Source of the DNA: Octopus vulgaris
Taxonomy: Eukaryota
Assembly (NCBI GenBank): GCA_951406725.2
Contig: OX597843.1
Location: forward strand, 15,004,001 to 15,068,000
Direction: 5' to 3'
Length of the DNA: 64,000 bases
A model generated the notes under the pieces. It did not search any database. It saw nothing but the letters and a program-made list of their open reading frames with translations, and had not been told where the DNA came from. The translations under genes were made by a program, and so were the position numbers. Below are positions 23,733-36,019 of the stretch, piece by piece. Within the stretch, counting starts at the first letter, position 1; each line of letters begins with the position of its first letter.

Positions 23733-25333
23733 GTATGTATATATGTGTATATGTGTGTGTGTGTATATATGTTTACACACATATATATTGACACACATGT
23801 ATGTATATATGTGTGTATATGCATATGTCAAAGACTTCTTCCAATTTCCCTGAGCATCATCCCAATATACCCTGTTCGTTTTCCAACTAATCTTCATGTT
23901 TTTTCTCATTTGGTTCAGAATATCTGACGTTCTTCTTATCTTTCATTTATTTGCTCCCATCTGGGCTACGAAAGGTCTTTGTATATTTTTGTTGGTCATA
24001 TATATATTTTGGTCATATGTATATTGTTGTTGGCGCAGGAGTGGCTGTGTGGTAAGTAGCTTGTTTACCAACCACATAGTTCCAGGTTCAGTCCCGCTGC
24101 GTGGCACCTTGGGCAAGTGTCTTCTACTATAGCCTCGGGCCAGCCAAAGCCTTGTGAGTGGATTTGGTAGACGGAAACTGAAAGAAGCCCGTCGTATATA
24201 TGTATATATATATATATGCATGTGTGTGTATGTGTGTGTGTTTGTGTGTCTATGTTTGTCCCCCTAGCATTGCTTGACAACCGATGCTGGTGTGTTTATG
24301 TCCGCGTTACTTAGCGGTTCAGCAAAAGAGACCGATAGAATAAGTACTAGGCTTACAAAGAATAAGTCCCCGGGTCGAGTTGCTCAATTAACAGCAGTGC
24401 TCCAGCATGGCTGCAGTCAAATGACTGAAACAAGTAAAAAAAAAATATATAATTTTTATTTCATGAAGAGTTTTTCGTTTTTCGGTCTCTTTTGCCGAAC
24501 CGCTAAGTTATGGGGCATAAACACACCAGCATCGGTTGTCAATCGATATTGGGGGACAAATACAGACACACAACCATATACGCACACATACATACATACA
24601 TATATATATATATACACACGCATATAAGCGACAGGCTTCTTTCAGTTTCCGTCTACCATATCCACTCACAAGACTTTGGTCGACCCGAGGCTATAGTAGA
24701 AGACATTTGCCCAAGGTGCCATGCAGTGGGACTGAACCTAAAACCATGTGGTTGGTAAGCAGGCTACTTACCACACAGCCACTCCTACGCTTATATACAT
24801 ATATCAATATATGTACACATACACACACAAACACACACACACACATATAAATATATATATACCTATATATATACACATACATTGATATACATGTACATAT
24901 ATATATATTGGTAGATGCAGGAGTGGCTTGTAGTAAGTAACTTGCTTACCAACCACATGGTTCCGGGTTCAGTCCCACTGTGTGGCACTCTAGGTAAGTG
25001 TCTTCTACAATAGCCTCAGGCTAACTAAAGCCTTGTGAGAGGATTTATTAGACAGAAACTGAAAGAAGCCCGTTGTATATATACATACATACATATATAT
25101 AAGTGTGCAAGTATGTGTGTGTGTGCATGTTTGTGTGTCTGTGTTTGTCCCCCCCACCATCGCTTGACAACTGATGCTGATGTGTTTACATCCCTGTAAT
25201 TCAGCAGTTTGGCAAAAGAGATCGATAAAATAAGTACTGAGTTTACAAAGAACATGTCCTAGGGTCGATTTGTTCAACTAAAAGGCGGTGCTCCAGCATG
25301 GCCATAGTCAAATGACTGAAACAGTAAAAGAGT
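23345..25333. mobile_element. Cluster of four CORE-type SINEs: 23345-23685 (+), 24032-24445 (+), 24482-24790 (-), 24915-25333 (+)
   Basis: Each copy matches the 8628 family. Confidence 0.85.
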
Positions 25334-25346
25334 ATATATATATATA

Positions 25347-25912
25347 TCATAATTCTGAAATGCGAAAAGTTTGTTTGTTTGTTTGTTTGTTTGTCTGGTT
25401 TTGGCATTGATAATGGGTTAAAGGCCACTAGATCCTGTCGGATTGACTCCAAAATTTACAGGCACATGTAAAATGAGGTGAGGATGCGAGTGGGCTAGGT
25501 TAGAAATCCCCATCTTAAAAGGTGTCGTTGCTAGGGTCAAAAACGCACTTTGACAAGTCTACTCTCATTCTTTTATGTATCTGTCTTCCTCCATCACTCA
25601 CTCTCTTTCCTCCCTTCCTTTCACGTTCTATCTATGACGTCGTTTCACAGCGTCTACCTCCCTTACCTTCACTTTCTCTCTATAACGTCGTTTCACAGCG
25701 TCCTATCCCCCGCCGCCTTCGACAGCGCTTTCACACTCTCTCTCTCTACATCTGTTTGCATTCATAGAGAGAATTATCATCACCACCACCACCACACAAT
25801 CATGAGAACAAATATTATGAATCAGATATTTATTGGGTTAATTTATATATGTGTGTGTGTTCTATATATAAATATGTATATATAATGTATATATACAAAG
25901 TGCATATATCTG

Positions 25913-25986
<74 letters not shown>

Positions 25987-26047
25987 GCATACATTTATAT
26001 ATATACCACACTCTTACCCGCGCGTAGAGCAGGTCACCTTAAGCTAG
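25347..26047 (+). mobile_element. Non-autonomous Helitron
   Basis: 5' A|TC..aaatgcgaaaag(tttg)n. 3' GC-rich hairpin acccgcgc-gta-gagcaggt (26016-26034), then CTAG|T at 26044-26048, the canonical Helitron terminus. Confidence 0.65.
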
Positions 26048-26202
26048 TATATATATAAGATGAAGAAGTATGAGGAACGGAAACAATTGTAAGTGTAGAC
26101 GAACTTTACTTCATAATCCAAGTTGGTACAGAATCTAGCAGTCTGGATGTTTTGCATTCTTGTCCCATTTTGTATTTTATTTTATATACATATATATATA
26201 CA

Positions 26203-27460
26203 CACATACATGTTAGAAGTAAATAGACACCCCATAAAACATCGTTTTATGTTTATTCTATCTTGTAAAGGTTTATTAATTGACATTTTTATGTTTCAGG
26301 TTCTATATGTGACTGCTTAATCATGCCATGCCCAAAAGAAGCCTTGGAACCGTCTGAATTTCAAAGAGGCCGTATTGTGGTTCAATCTGAATGTGGATAT
26401 AGTCAGTGTAAAATCGCAGGAAACCTTGGGATCCCACTTTCTACAATTAATAGAGTGATTGTGAAATTCACCTGAGAGGGGAAGGAGTCCACATCACCTT
26501 GTCCAGATCAACCACGGCCCTCTGACAAGACCCTTCTCTTTGTTAAGAGAAGTGTGGAGGATAATCCTCGTTGCAAGACCTCTGACATAGCAGAGCAAGT
26601 TGATGTCAGTCTCAGAACAGCTGTCAGGTGTCTTCACAAACTTGGTTACTATGGCAGAGCAGCAAGAAGGAAACCACATCTTTGACCAGCCAATATGAAA
26701 CAGAGAAAAGATTGGGCCAGTGAGATGGTGGAGAGGCCATTAGCATTTTGGGACACTGTCATGTTCTCTGATGAGTCCATGATTTGCTGTATTTCTTGAC
26801 ACTTGTCAAGTGTGTGTCTGGAGACCCTGTGATCAGGAATTTGGCGTGAAAAGATTGCAGCTAACAATGACACACAGCAGCTATTCTGTGATGGAATGGG
26901 GAACAATTTGGAGCAATGGTTGATCAGAGCTGGTGGAGTGTGAGGGAAAGATAAACTCAAATAAATATGTGTTCATATTGCAGAAAAGACTCCTTCCAAA
27001 CTTCTCCAGTGGTGAAATTATTAAAGAAGGCTCTCTATTTATGGAAGATGGGATTCCTTGTCACACGGTTAAAATGACCCAGGATTTGTTGGAAAAGAAT
27101 GGTATTATTTAGAAAGCTTCCATAGCTAAGCCAGTCACCAGATATGAACCCTATAGAACACCTCTGGGGCATAAAGGACAGGACATTTCATAAACAGAAC
27201 AAGAAAGCATCTTCAAAGCCAGATCTTTTGATATTATGGCATGAAACTGAGCAAGAAATTCCGCAAGAGAATATTCACCATCTGACCAGTAACATGCCTA
27301 ATAGGGAGGGTCCTTGCATTGAAAAGGACAAAGAGCATGTCTACTAAATGTTAAAGGTTCACATTATAACAATTAATAAAATAATTTGAATGCTTAATCT
27401 CAGATTTAAATAAATTTTAATGATTATAACGGGTGTCTATTTACTTCTTTCATGTCTGTG
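26203..27460 (+). mobile_element. Tc1-like DNA transposon, full length but with a decayed transposase
   Basis: 28-bp TIRs at 26205-26232 and 27431-27458 (agaagtaaatagacaccc core) in TA context. Remnants [26 protein letters not shown] and SQSPDMNPIEHLW. Confidence 0.9.
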
Positions 27461-27520
27461 TATATATATGTGTGTGTATATATATATATATATATATGTA
27501 GGAATATATATATGTGTGTG

Positions 27521-27569
<49 letters not shown>

Positions 27570-27745
27570 ATATATATGTGTGTGTGTATATATATATATA
27601 TATGTATATATATATGTGTGTGTATATATATATGTATATATATATGTGTGTGTATATATGTATATATATATATGTGTGTGTATATATATATATGTATGTA
27701 TATATGTGAGTGTATATATATATGTATATATATATGTGTGTGTAA
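27460..27745. repeat. (TA/TG)n microsatellite
   Basis: Directly visible. Confidence 0.95.
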
Positions 27746-27849
27746 ACGTCATACCTTCCTGCTTCCATATTTCCTGAGCGCCTATTAATAATAATACTGT
27801 AATTGTTCCACTGTTGTTGTTTTTTTGTTTTCCCGTTTGGATTAAAATT

Positions 27850-27883
<34 letters not shown>

Positions 27884-28500
27884 ATAGAGAGAGAGAATGA
27901 GAAAGATATATATGATAGAGAGACGGAGAGAGAGATATGTATATGTATATATATATATATATATAATAGAGAAAGAGAAAGGGAGAAAAAGAGAGATATA
28001 TATATAATAGAGAGAGAAAGTGAAAGAGAGAGAGAGAGAGAGAAATATATAATAGAGAGAGAGAGTGGAAGAGAGAGAGAGAGAAATGCATCTATTTATA
28101 TTAATTCTTACTCATTTGCTCCCATATCCGTTAAAGTCTTTGTAACGAAGGCAAACCCAACAACGACGGTGATGATAACGATGACGATGATGATGATGAT
28201 GTTAATTTGTAGATAACCCGCAGTGATAACGATGTGAGTTTAACGACAAACAATTTAGTCAGTAATTCTATTTTTATCGCAAATCTTTGCTTCTCTGTTG
28301 TTTTGTGGACTGCAAAGAGGATCTGGCAAATCTGTGAAAAGCCCCCGAAAGAATCTTCATCCGGAAGTCGCAGCACGGATGTGGGTTTTGTTTTCTGCCC
28401 CCCCACCCCAACGCAAAAGAAAATTCCTAAACACTTCTCAAGCTTTTAGAAATTAGATAAAGGAAAATAAGAATATTCCAATGACAAGATCATTAAACAT

Positions 28501-28930
28501 AGGTGGCAGTGGTGGTGGTGGTGGTGGTGGTGGTGGCGGTGGTGGTGGAGGTGGTGGTGGGCGGTGGCGGCGGCGGTGGTGGTGGTGGTGGTGGTGGTGG
28601 TAGTGGTGGTCGGTGGCAGTGGTGGTGGTGGTCGGTGGCGGTGGTGGTGGTAGTGGTGGTGGTGGTGGTGGTGGTTGCAGTGGTGGTGGTAGTGGTGGTG
28701 GTGGTGGCGGTAGTGCTTGTGGCGGTAGTGCTTGTGGCAGTGGCGGCAGTGGTGGTAGTGGTGGTGGTGGTGGTGGTAGTAGTGGTGGTGGTGGTGGTGT
28801 TGATGATAATGCTGATGATGGTGGTGGGGCAGGGGACATTAGAGGTGATTATGGTGACAGTGGGGGGTTCTGATAATGAAAGGTGGTAACAGCATGGTGG
28901 TGGCTGTAGCGGTGGTGATAGTGGTGCGGT
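28501..28930. repeat. (GGT/GGC)n trinucleotide low-complexity tract
   Basis: Directly visible; it generates the spurious poly-P, poly-G, poly-V and poly-T ORFs. Confidence 0.9.
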
Positions 28931-29491
28931 GTATGTCGGAAACAGGTTGGCAGAGAAGAACTTCAAGACACCCCAGAGTCTCATCCTGTCGTCTTGAGGA
29001 TGGTTGATGGGTGGGTCATGGAGGGATTTGGATTTCTGATAAGTCTAAAAATGACATCCCAGAAAGACCTGGGGTTAAAAATAAATGAACAGAAAAAACA
29101 CAAAACGGTGAATGAAAAATTAATTGGCATCAATAATTCACAAGAAATCCTGTTGCGTGATGTGAAAGATATGAAGGAGGGTTGGGCGATAGAGGAAAAC
29201 CCTGCCTCGCTCGAAGCCACCGGGATGTTTGTGCGTATAAATCAGTGTGTATATATAGAGAGGCCCAGAGTTGTTTAGCAAGCATTTCAGTGAAGAGAAT
29301 CTCAGAGAAAGGAATAACAAATACCATCAAATCTTTGAAGTTTTAGACACAGATACAAAGTGAAGAAACATATAAACCCTTCTATACATCAAGCAGAGAC
29401 AAATCTCTAATACAAAGTGAAGAAACTCAAATTGTAATATATATTTATATACACACTATTTTATATATATATATACATAGGCTTGTGTACA

Positions 29492-29590
29492 TATAAACCC
29501 TTCTATACGTCAAGCAGAGACGAATCTCAAAGATCACAAATTGAAACAAGAGTGAAATAGACTTCAATTAAACAGAGAAAAACGGTAAGA
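29492..29590 (+). promoter_or_regulatory. Candidate TATA box and non-coding exon 1 of the IL-17-like gene
   Basis: TATAAA at 29492, an A-rich ATG-free leader, and a strong donor ACG|GTAAGA at 29584/29585. The matching acceptor would be at 31317. Confidence 0.45.
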
Positions 29591-29605
29591 TATCTTTCAA
29601 TATAT

Positions 29606-29833
29606 TACTCTTTACTCTTTTACTTGTTTCAGTCATTTGGCTGCGGCCATGCTGGAGCACCACCTTTAGTCGAGCAACTCGACCCCAGGACTTATTCTTT
29701 GTAAGCCCAGTACTTATTCTGTCGGTCTCTTTTTTGCCAAACCGCTAAGTAACGGGGACATAAACACACCAGCATCGGTTGTCAAGCAATGCTAGGGGGA
29801 CAAACACACACACACAAACACACACACATGCAC

Positions 29834-29872
<39 letters not shown>

Positions 29873-30487
29873 CATATATACAATGGGCTTCTTTCAGTTT
29901 CCGTCTACCAAATCCACTCACAAGGCATTGGTTGGCCTGGGGGCTATAGTAGAAGACACTTGCCCAAGATGCCACGCAGTGGGACTGAACCCGGAACCAT
30001 GTGGTTGGTAAGCAAGCTACTTACCACACAGCCACTCCTGCACCTATTACTTTTAATATATTACTTTTAATTTTTACTTTTTCCTTGTTTCAATCATTAG
30101 ACTGTGCCCATGCTGGGGCACCACTTTCAGGAACTTTTAGTCGAATGAATCAACATTAGTGCTTCCCTTTCTTTGTTCTTTTTAAGTCTGGGGATGTAAA
30201 CACACCAACACTGGTCGTCAAGCAGTAGTGGGGTTAGACACAGAGACATACACATATTTGTACATATATTTATATGCATATAAACATACACACACACACG
30301 TATATATGTGTGTGTGTGTATATTTATATACACACACACACATACACACAACAGGCTTCTTTTGGTTTCCGGCTTTGATTGGCCAGAGGCCATAGTAGAA
30401 GACACCTGCCCAAGATGCCATGCAGTGGGATTGAACCCAGGTCCATGTGGTTGGGAAGCAAACTTCTAACTACTCACCCATGCCTGC
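29606..30487 (-). mobile_element. Two CORE-type SINEs (29606-30042 and 30080-30487)
   Basis: Match the 8628 family. Confidence 0.85.
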
Positions 30488-30559
30488 AGTGAAGCACAGT
30501 GAAGTATACACACACACACACACACACACATACATATATCTGTGTGTGTATATATCTTG

Positions 30560-30596
<37 letters not shown>

Positions 30597-30766
30597 TAAA
30601 TTAAATTAGAGATAAAACCACTATTAGGCAAATCAAACAGTGAAAAACATAAACCAAAACATAGAAATAAAATTAATTAATATAATATACAAAATATATA
30701 AAATTCAAAATTTAAATTATATAAATTTAAAGTGAAAAATTTTAAATTATTAATCTATATTTATAA

Positions 30767-30805
<39 letters not shown>

Positions 30806-30958
30806 AGTAGTTGAATGAATTATCTTATTAAGGATAATTCGAATTAACCGATACCTGGGTAGCAAATTCACATCAGAAAAAACACGGTTGAAGGACATAG
30901 ATTACGTGCTTTTGTGTGGAAATTTGTATGTTTATTTTTAAAATATAAATATATGAAA

Positions 30959-31003
<45 letters not shown>

Positions 31004-31317
31004 ACACACACACACATCACATATCTGCCCCTCTGCTCTACAGAGTCTCCTGATCTGCCTTTCACACACTCACATACACACACACACACGCTGCACACAC
31101 ATAAATTATATGTACATGTGTGTAAGTTGTATTGGCATGTATATACATATCTACATACACACATGCATGTGTATGTGAATGTTTTGTATATATACATACA
31201 TATATTTTACTGTTTTACATTTGAGTTTGTATGAGTGTAAGAGATGGAGATGTATCCAGTGTAGCCACATTTGTTTCAAAGTTTTTACTGACCAACATTT
31301 CTTTTATATATTTTCAG

Positions 31318-31722
31318 ATGGCACCAAAAAGTGTAACTGCAGTACTGCTGATAATCAGCCTCTTTTCTTTTGCTGCTGGTTGGAAAAGAACATGCACGTG
31401 TCCTTCCACAGTGGACCAATCTGCCAACAAAGAGAACTCTGTTTCCAATGATCTCCCCATCGTCAAGAATGTTCTAGATCAGCTGTCATTGTGCCCCTGG
31501 AAGATGGAAATGGATTTTGATCGACATAGAATGCCAGCCAGTTTGATCTATGCTAAATTGCAAACGTCCACATACTGCAACAACATGGAACGACAATGCA
31601 CGGCTGTTACAGAAACAGTCAATGTCACTGTACGATGCTCAGACAGCAGATGCATGACATGCACCGAAGACATCCCCATAGCGTTTGTATGTGCCATGCG
31701 GCATGTAGTTGTAATTAACTAA
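31318..31722 (+). CDS. Interleukin-17-like secreted cytokine (134 aa)
   Basis: Branch-like tactgac and ttttcag| lie immediately before the ATG. Signal peptide MAPKSVTAVLLIISLFSFAAG. IL-17 signature SLCPW..DFDRHRMP..LIYA..C..C..V..IPIAFVC. AU-rich 3' UTR. Confidence 0.85.
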   Translation: MAPKSVTAVLLIISLFSFAAGWKRTCTCPSTVDQSANKENSVSNDLPIVKNVLDQLSLCPWKMEMDFDRHRMPASLIYAKLQTSTYCNNMERQCTAVTETVNVTVRCSDSRCMTCTEDIPIAFVCAMRHVVVIN

Positions 31723-31834
31723 GGAAGTTTCCACCAGAGGTCATGGTCATCCACTGCCAATGTTGTTATTTCCATTTATGGTAGTTCTACCCAAGACAGA
31801 AGACATGCTTCTCTTCCAAGAATGCAATCCACAA

Positions 31835-31930
31835 TAAGAAGTATTTATCGATTAATTTATTAATTACTATTTCAACACAATAATAATGACATATTTATCA
31901 ATTAATTTATTAATTACTATTTTCAAATGA
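31835..31930 (+). promoter_or_regulatory. Duplicated AU-rich element block in the IL-17-like 3' UTR
   Basis: tatttatc(g/a)attaatttattaattactattt occurs twice (about 31842 and 31892), giving four ATTTA pentamers. Confidence 0.55.
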
Positions 31931-32411
31931 TATATATTTACAAAAAGAAAAAGAACATTTCTAACGAACCCCTATAAAGACTTCAAATAACTTGGAAAGA
32001 TTTATTCTAGAATCGCTAAACAGTTGTCTCTAGGTGTTTGTTTGCTTTCTCTCAGCTAAGAATGACGATTTTAATTGAATATTTATTGCATACATTATTT
32101 AGTACACAGCTCATTAATTCCATTATTTATATCTTTCATTTACACACACAACACCATACACACACACACATACATCTATAAAACCACTCAAGCATGTATA
32201 TATATTTATTTATTTTTACACAGAAATGCAGAGTTTTTAATTTATTCTATACCCCATATACATATACAAATACATACATACATACAATATAAATATACGT
32301 GCACACACACAGACGTACATACTTCCTCAAGATGCACGTATTATCTATTTATTTATTTCCACACACACAAACACACATTTATTTATTTATTTATTTACCC
32401 CTTTCCTCCCT

Positions 32412-32475
<64 letters not shown>

Positions 32476-32953
32476 ATATATACACCAACTAATACATACT
32501 AATACGTACTAATACATACTAGTACATACTAATACTTACACCAACCCTATACATACACACGTCCAGACCCCGCATACGCACTTATACTCTCTCACACACA
32601 CACACACACACCTATACATACCAATACGTACTAATACATACTAATACATACACCAACCCCATACATACGCACGTCCAGACCAATCCCACGCACTGATACT
32701 CTCTCATACACACACACACACACACACACACCCTTATACATACTAATACATACACCAACCCTATACATACACATCCAGACCCCTCCCACGCACTTTTAGC
32801 TGGTCCCTCAACCCTATTATCTCCCCTTATTTCGCTCTCGCGTCTCATGTTTGATCTTTGACCTCTGGCCGAAATCAGATCGCCATGTTGATTCGTTAGC
32901 TACTGCACGCATTTTTTTCTCTCCTTCTTTCTGTGTTTTTCTCTCTCTGTGTA

Positions 32954-32991
32954 TCTTTCTGTTGAAGAGCGTAGGCTCGAAACGTTAAAGA
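32954..32991 (+). ncRNA. Minimal hammerhead-like motif (variant core) in a Penelope-like remnant
   Basis: tcttt-CTGTTGA-a-gagc gtag gctc-GAAA-CG-TT-aaaga: 5-bp stem I, perfect stem II, palindromic ACGU stem III. A6 is replaced by U. Confidence 0.55.
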
Positions 32992-33310
32992 CTTGTTTTA
33001 TTTATATTTCCTGAGCGCCATACTAATACAATTGTTCGTTTGTTTTCCACCTGCCTTCGTCTTTTGTTTATTTTCATAAAGCTTCCCGTTATATATATAT
33101 ATATATGTACATACACTCACACACAACATATACCTGCACACATTCATTTATTTTCATATATATACATATATACACACACACACATGCATATACATACACA
33201 CATAAGGATGTGAACATACAATTATTTATTTTCAAACTCCTCACTATATATTTACATATATATATATATGTATGTATATATATATATAAGCCTGTCCTTT
33301 ACAAACTACT

Positions 33311-33414
33311 ATGTCTGAAGAAGTGATTGAACTTTAAATTTATAACATAAAATTGCACAACTTTGTATGTAATGAGAAATAAATGACGTTTGACTATTGA
33401 AACGTACGTAACAT
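33311..33414 (+). ncRNA. Type-I hammerhead ribozyme motif with a long loop II
   Basis: atgt-CTGAAGA-agtg..tatt-GAAA-CGTACG-TA-acat. Palindromic stem III, GUA triplet, AATAAA about 25 nt downstream. Confidence 0.65.
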
Positions 33415-33447
33415 TGATTTGACTTCTGTTTTACTCAATAAAGAATT

Positions 33448-34640
33448 CATCATCATCATCATCATCATCATTTAGCGTCCGTTTTCCATGCTAGCATGGG
33501 TTGGACGGTTCAACTGGGGTCTGTGAAGCCAGAAGGCTTCATCAGGCCCAGTCAGATCTGGCAGTGTTTCTACGGCTGGATGCCCTTCCTAATGCCAACC
33601 ACTCCGTGAGTGTAGTGGGTGCTTTTTACGTGCCACCCGCACAGGTGCCAGACAGAGCTGGCAAACGGCCACGAGTGGATGGTGCTTTTGATGTGCCACC
33701 GGCATGGGGGCCAGGCGAGGCTGGCAACAGGCACGGACGGATAGTGCTTTTTACGTGCCACCGGCACGAGGCCAGTTGGGGCGGCACTGGCAATGGTCAC
33801 GAACAGATAGTTCTCTTACATGCCACCGGCACTGGTAACACATCTGCAATTTCCATTGATCGATTTCGATTCTGATCCTCACTTGCCTCAACAGGTCTTC
33901 ACAAGTAGAGTTTTGTGTCCCAAGAAGGGAAGGTATGCATACGTAGGCTGGCTCCATCCCATGTAGAAGGCCACGGGTTATGGACTCACTTGTCCTGCCG
34001 GGTCTTCTCGCGCACAGCACACTTCCAGAGGTCTCGGTCTCTAGTCATTTCCTCAGTGAGACCTAAAGTTCGAAGGTCGTGCTTCACCACCTCGTCCCAG
34101 GTTTTCCTGGGTCTACCTCTTCTGCTAGGGTGTGGCACTTTTTCACACAACTATCTTCATCTATTCTCGCCACATGACCATACTAGCGCAAACGTCTCTC
34201 TTGCACACCACAACTGATGCTTCTTAGGTCCAGCTTTTCTCTCAAGGTACTTACACTCTGCCGAGTATGAGTACTGACATTACACATCTATTGGAGCATA
34301 CTGGCTTCATTTCTTGCGAGCTTACGCATATCCTCAGCAGTCACGGCCCATGTTTCACTGCCATGTAGCATGGCTGTTCATACACACGCATCATACAGTC
34401 TGCCTTTTACTCTGTGCGAGAGGCCTTTTGTCACCAGCAGAGGTAAGAGCTCTCTGAACTTTGCCCAAGCTATTTTTATTCTAGCAGTTACACTTTCAGC
34501 ACACCCGCCCCCGCTGCTGACTTGGTTGCCTAGGTAACGGAAACTATCAACTATTTCTAGTTTTTCTCCCTGGAAAGTGACGGAAGTTGGTCTCAGAGCA
34601 TTTTCAGTGTTTATTGTTCCTGAGCATCTGCCACATACAA
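33448..34640 (-). mobile_element. 5'-truncated RTE LINE (same family as 17846)
   Basis: Reverse complement of about 18555-19610, including the (GAT)n tail and 60-bp units. Confidence 0.9.
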
Positions 34641-34701
34641 AAAAAAAATTATTGTTATTTATTGTGCGGATTATAACATTTGATATACAGACATTTGATA
34701 T

Positions 34702-34867
34702 AGGCGCAGGAATGGCTGTGTGGTAAGTAGCTTGCTAACCAACCACATGGTTGCGGGTTCAGTCCCACTGCATGGCATCTTGGGCAGGTGTCTTCTGCTA
34801 TAGCCCCGGGCCGACCAATGCCTTGTGAGTGGATTTGGTAGACGGAAACTGAAAGAAGCCTGTCGTA

Positions 34868-34922
<55 letters not shown>

Positions 34923-35132
34923 TTGTGTGTCTATGTTTGTCCCCCCAGCATTGCTTGACAACCGATGCTGGTGTGTTTACGTCCCTGTCACTTAGCGGTT
35001 CGGCAAAAGAGACCGACAGAATAAGTACTGGGCTTAAATAGAATAAGTCCCGGGGTCGATTTGATCGACTAAAGGTGGTGCTCCAGCATGGCCGCAGTCA
35101 AATGACTGAAACAAGTAAAAGAGTAAAAGAGT
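34702..35132 (+). mobile_element. Full-length CORE-type SINE
   Basis: Head, CORE-like block, TA/TG linker and (gtaaaaga)n tail are all present. Confidence 0.9.
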
Positions 35133-36019
35133 AGGAGAGACACACACACACACACATCATCATCATCATCATTTAACGTCCATTTTCCATGCTGGTATGG
35201 CTTGAATGGTTTGACTAGAGCTGGTCAGCTGAAGAACTGCCCAAGGCTCCCTGTCCGTTTTGGCATGGTTTCTTTGGCCGGATGCCCTTCCTAATGCCAA
35301 CCCCTGTACAGAGCATAGACTGGGTGCTTCTATGCATCACTGGCATTAGTGTGTTCATGTGGCCCCAGTACCTACAAGCCCACAATTTTGGGAAGGCTCA
35401 GCTGGAGAGGGATACAGGGATTGAACCTGTATGCAGGGGATAACCATGCTTTTACTAATGTAAGAATTAGCACTTCCTTCTCTAAGCGTAGATTCGAAAT
35501 CGAATCCAAGAATCCTTGGTCGTCCAAACCAATGCAATTAAAGGCGTGAAAGCAAGAACCCCTTTGTTCTGTCAAAAAGTGATTGATCATCTCCCTTTGA
35601 CCTGCGACCTCAGCCATGTCAGGCTAAGTTCAACTGGACAAGTGCTGACCTAAATAAGCACTGTCTCTGTTGCGATATGACTGTCATTCTAGCTGTCACA
35701 AATATTATAAATACAAGGGAAAAACAGAGAAGCAAACAATCGCAGCGGAGACGGCAGCAGACAGATGAGATAGATCTATCTACGCCCCAAGTTTATGGCA
35801 GACGACAGACAGAGAGAAATGCTCGAGTGTCTATCGACTACTGTTTCGAATGAAACACGCACACACACAAACATATTCATTGCTAATATGTGCTCTATAC
35901 AAACAATTCGTAGCATTTGCTTACATTTGTATGTAATGTACCTATAACCCTGTAAATAAATTCCTTTTAATCATGAAACGGTTTATGTATTTGTTTACAT
36001 ACACACACATCCACTACAC

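Noticed and set aside
28453-28984. Pro/Gly/Thr-rich ORFs (formin- or extensin-like)
   Set aside because: Translation of a (GGT)n microsatellite with no splice or domain support.
31231-31317. N-terminal extension of the IL-17 ORF in the supplied track
   Set aside because: It contains a branch point, pyrimidine tract and acceptor, so it is intronic. The signal peptide starts at 31318.
35830-35890. Minus-strand GAAACAGTAGTC, a possible hammerhead 3' half (similar weak cases at 52470-52520 and 3550-3590)
   Set aside because: No intact CUGANGA with a pairing stem I could be found.
35372-36018. 81-aa minus-strand ORF and LTR-like end (aataaa..ccactaca)
   Set aside because: No recognisable domain, second LTR, primer-binding site or TSD.
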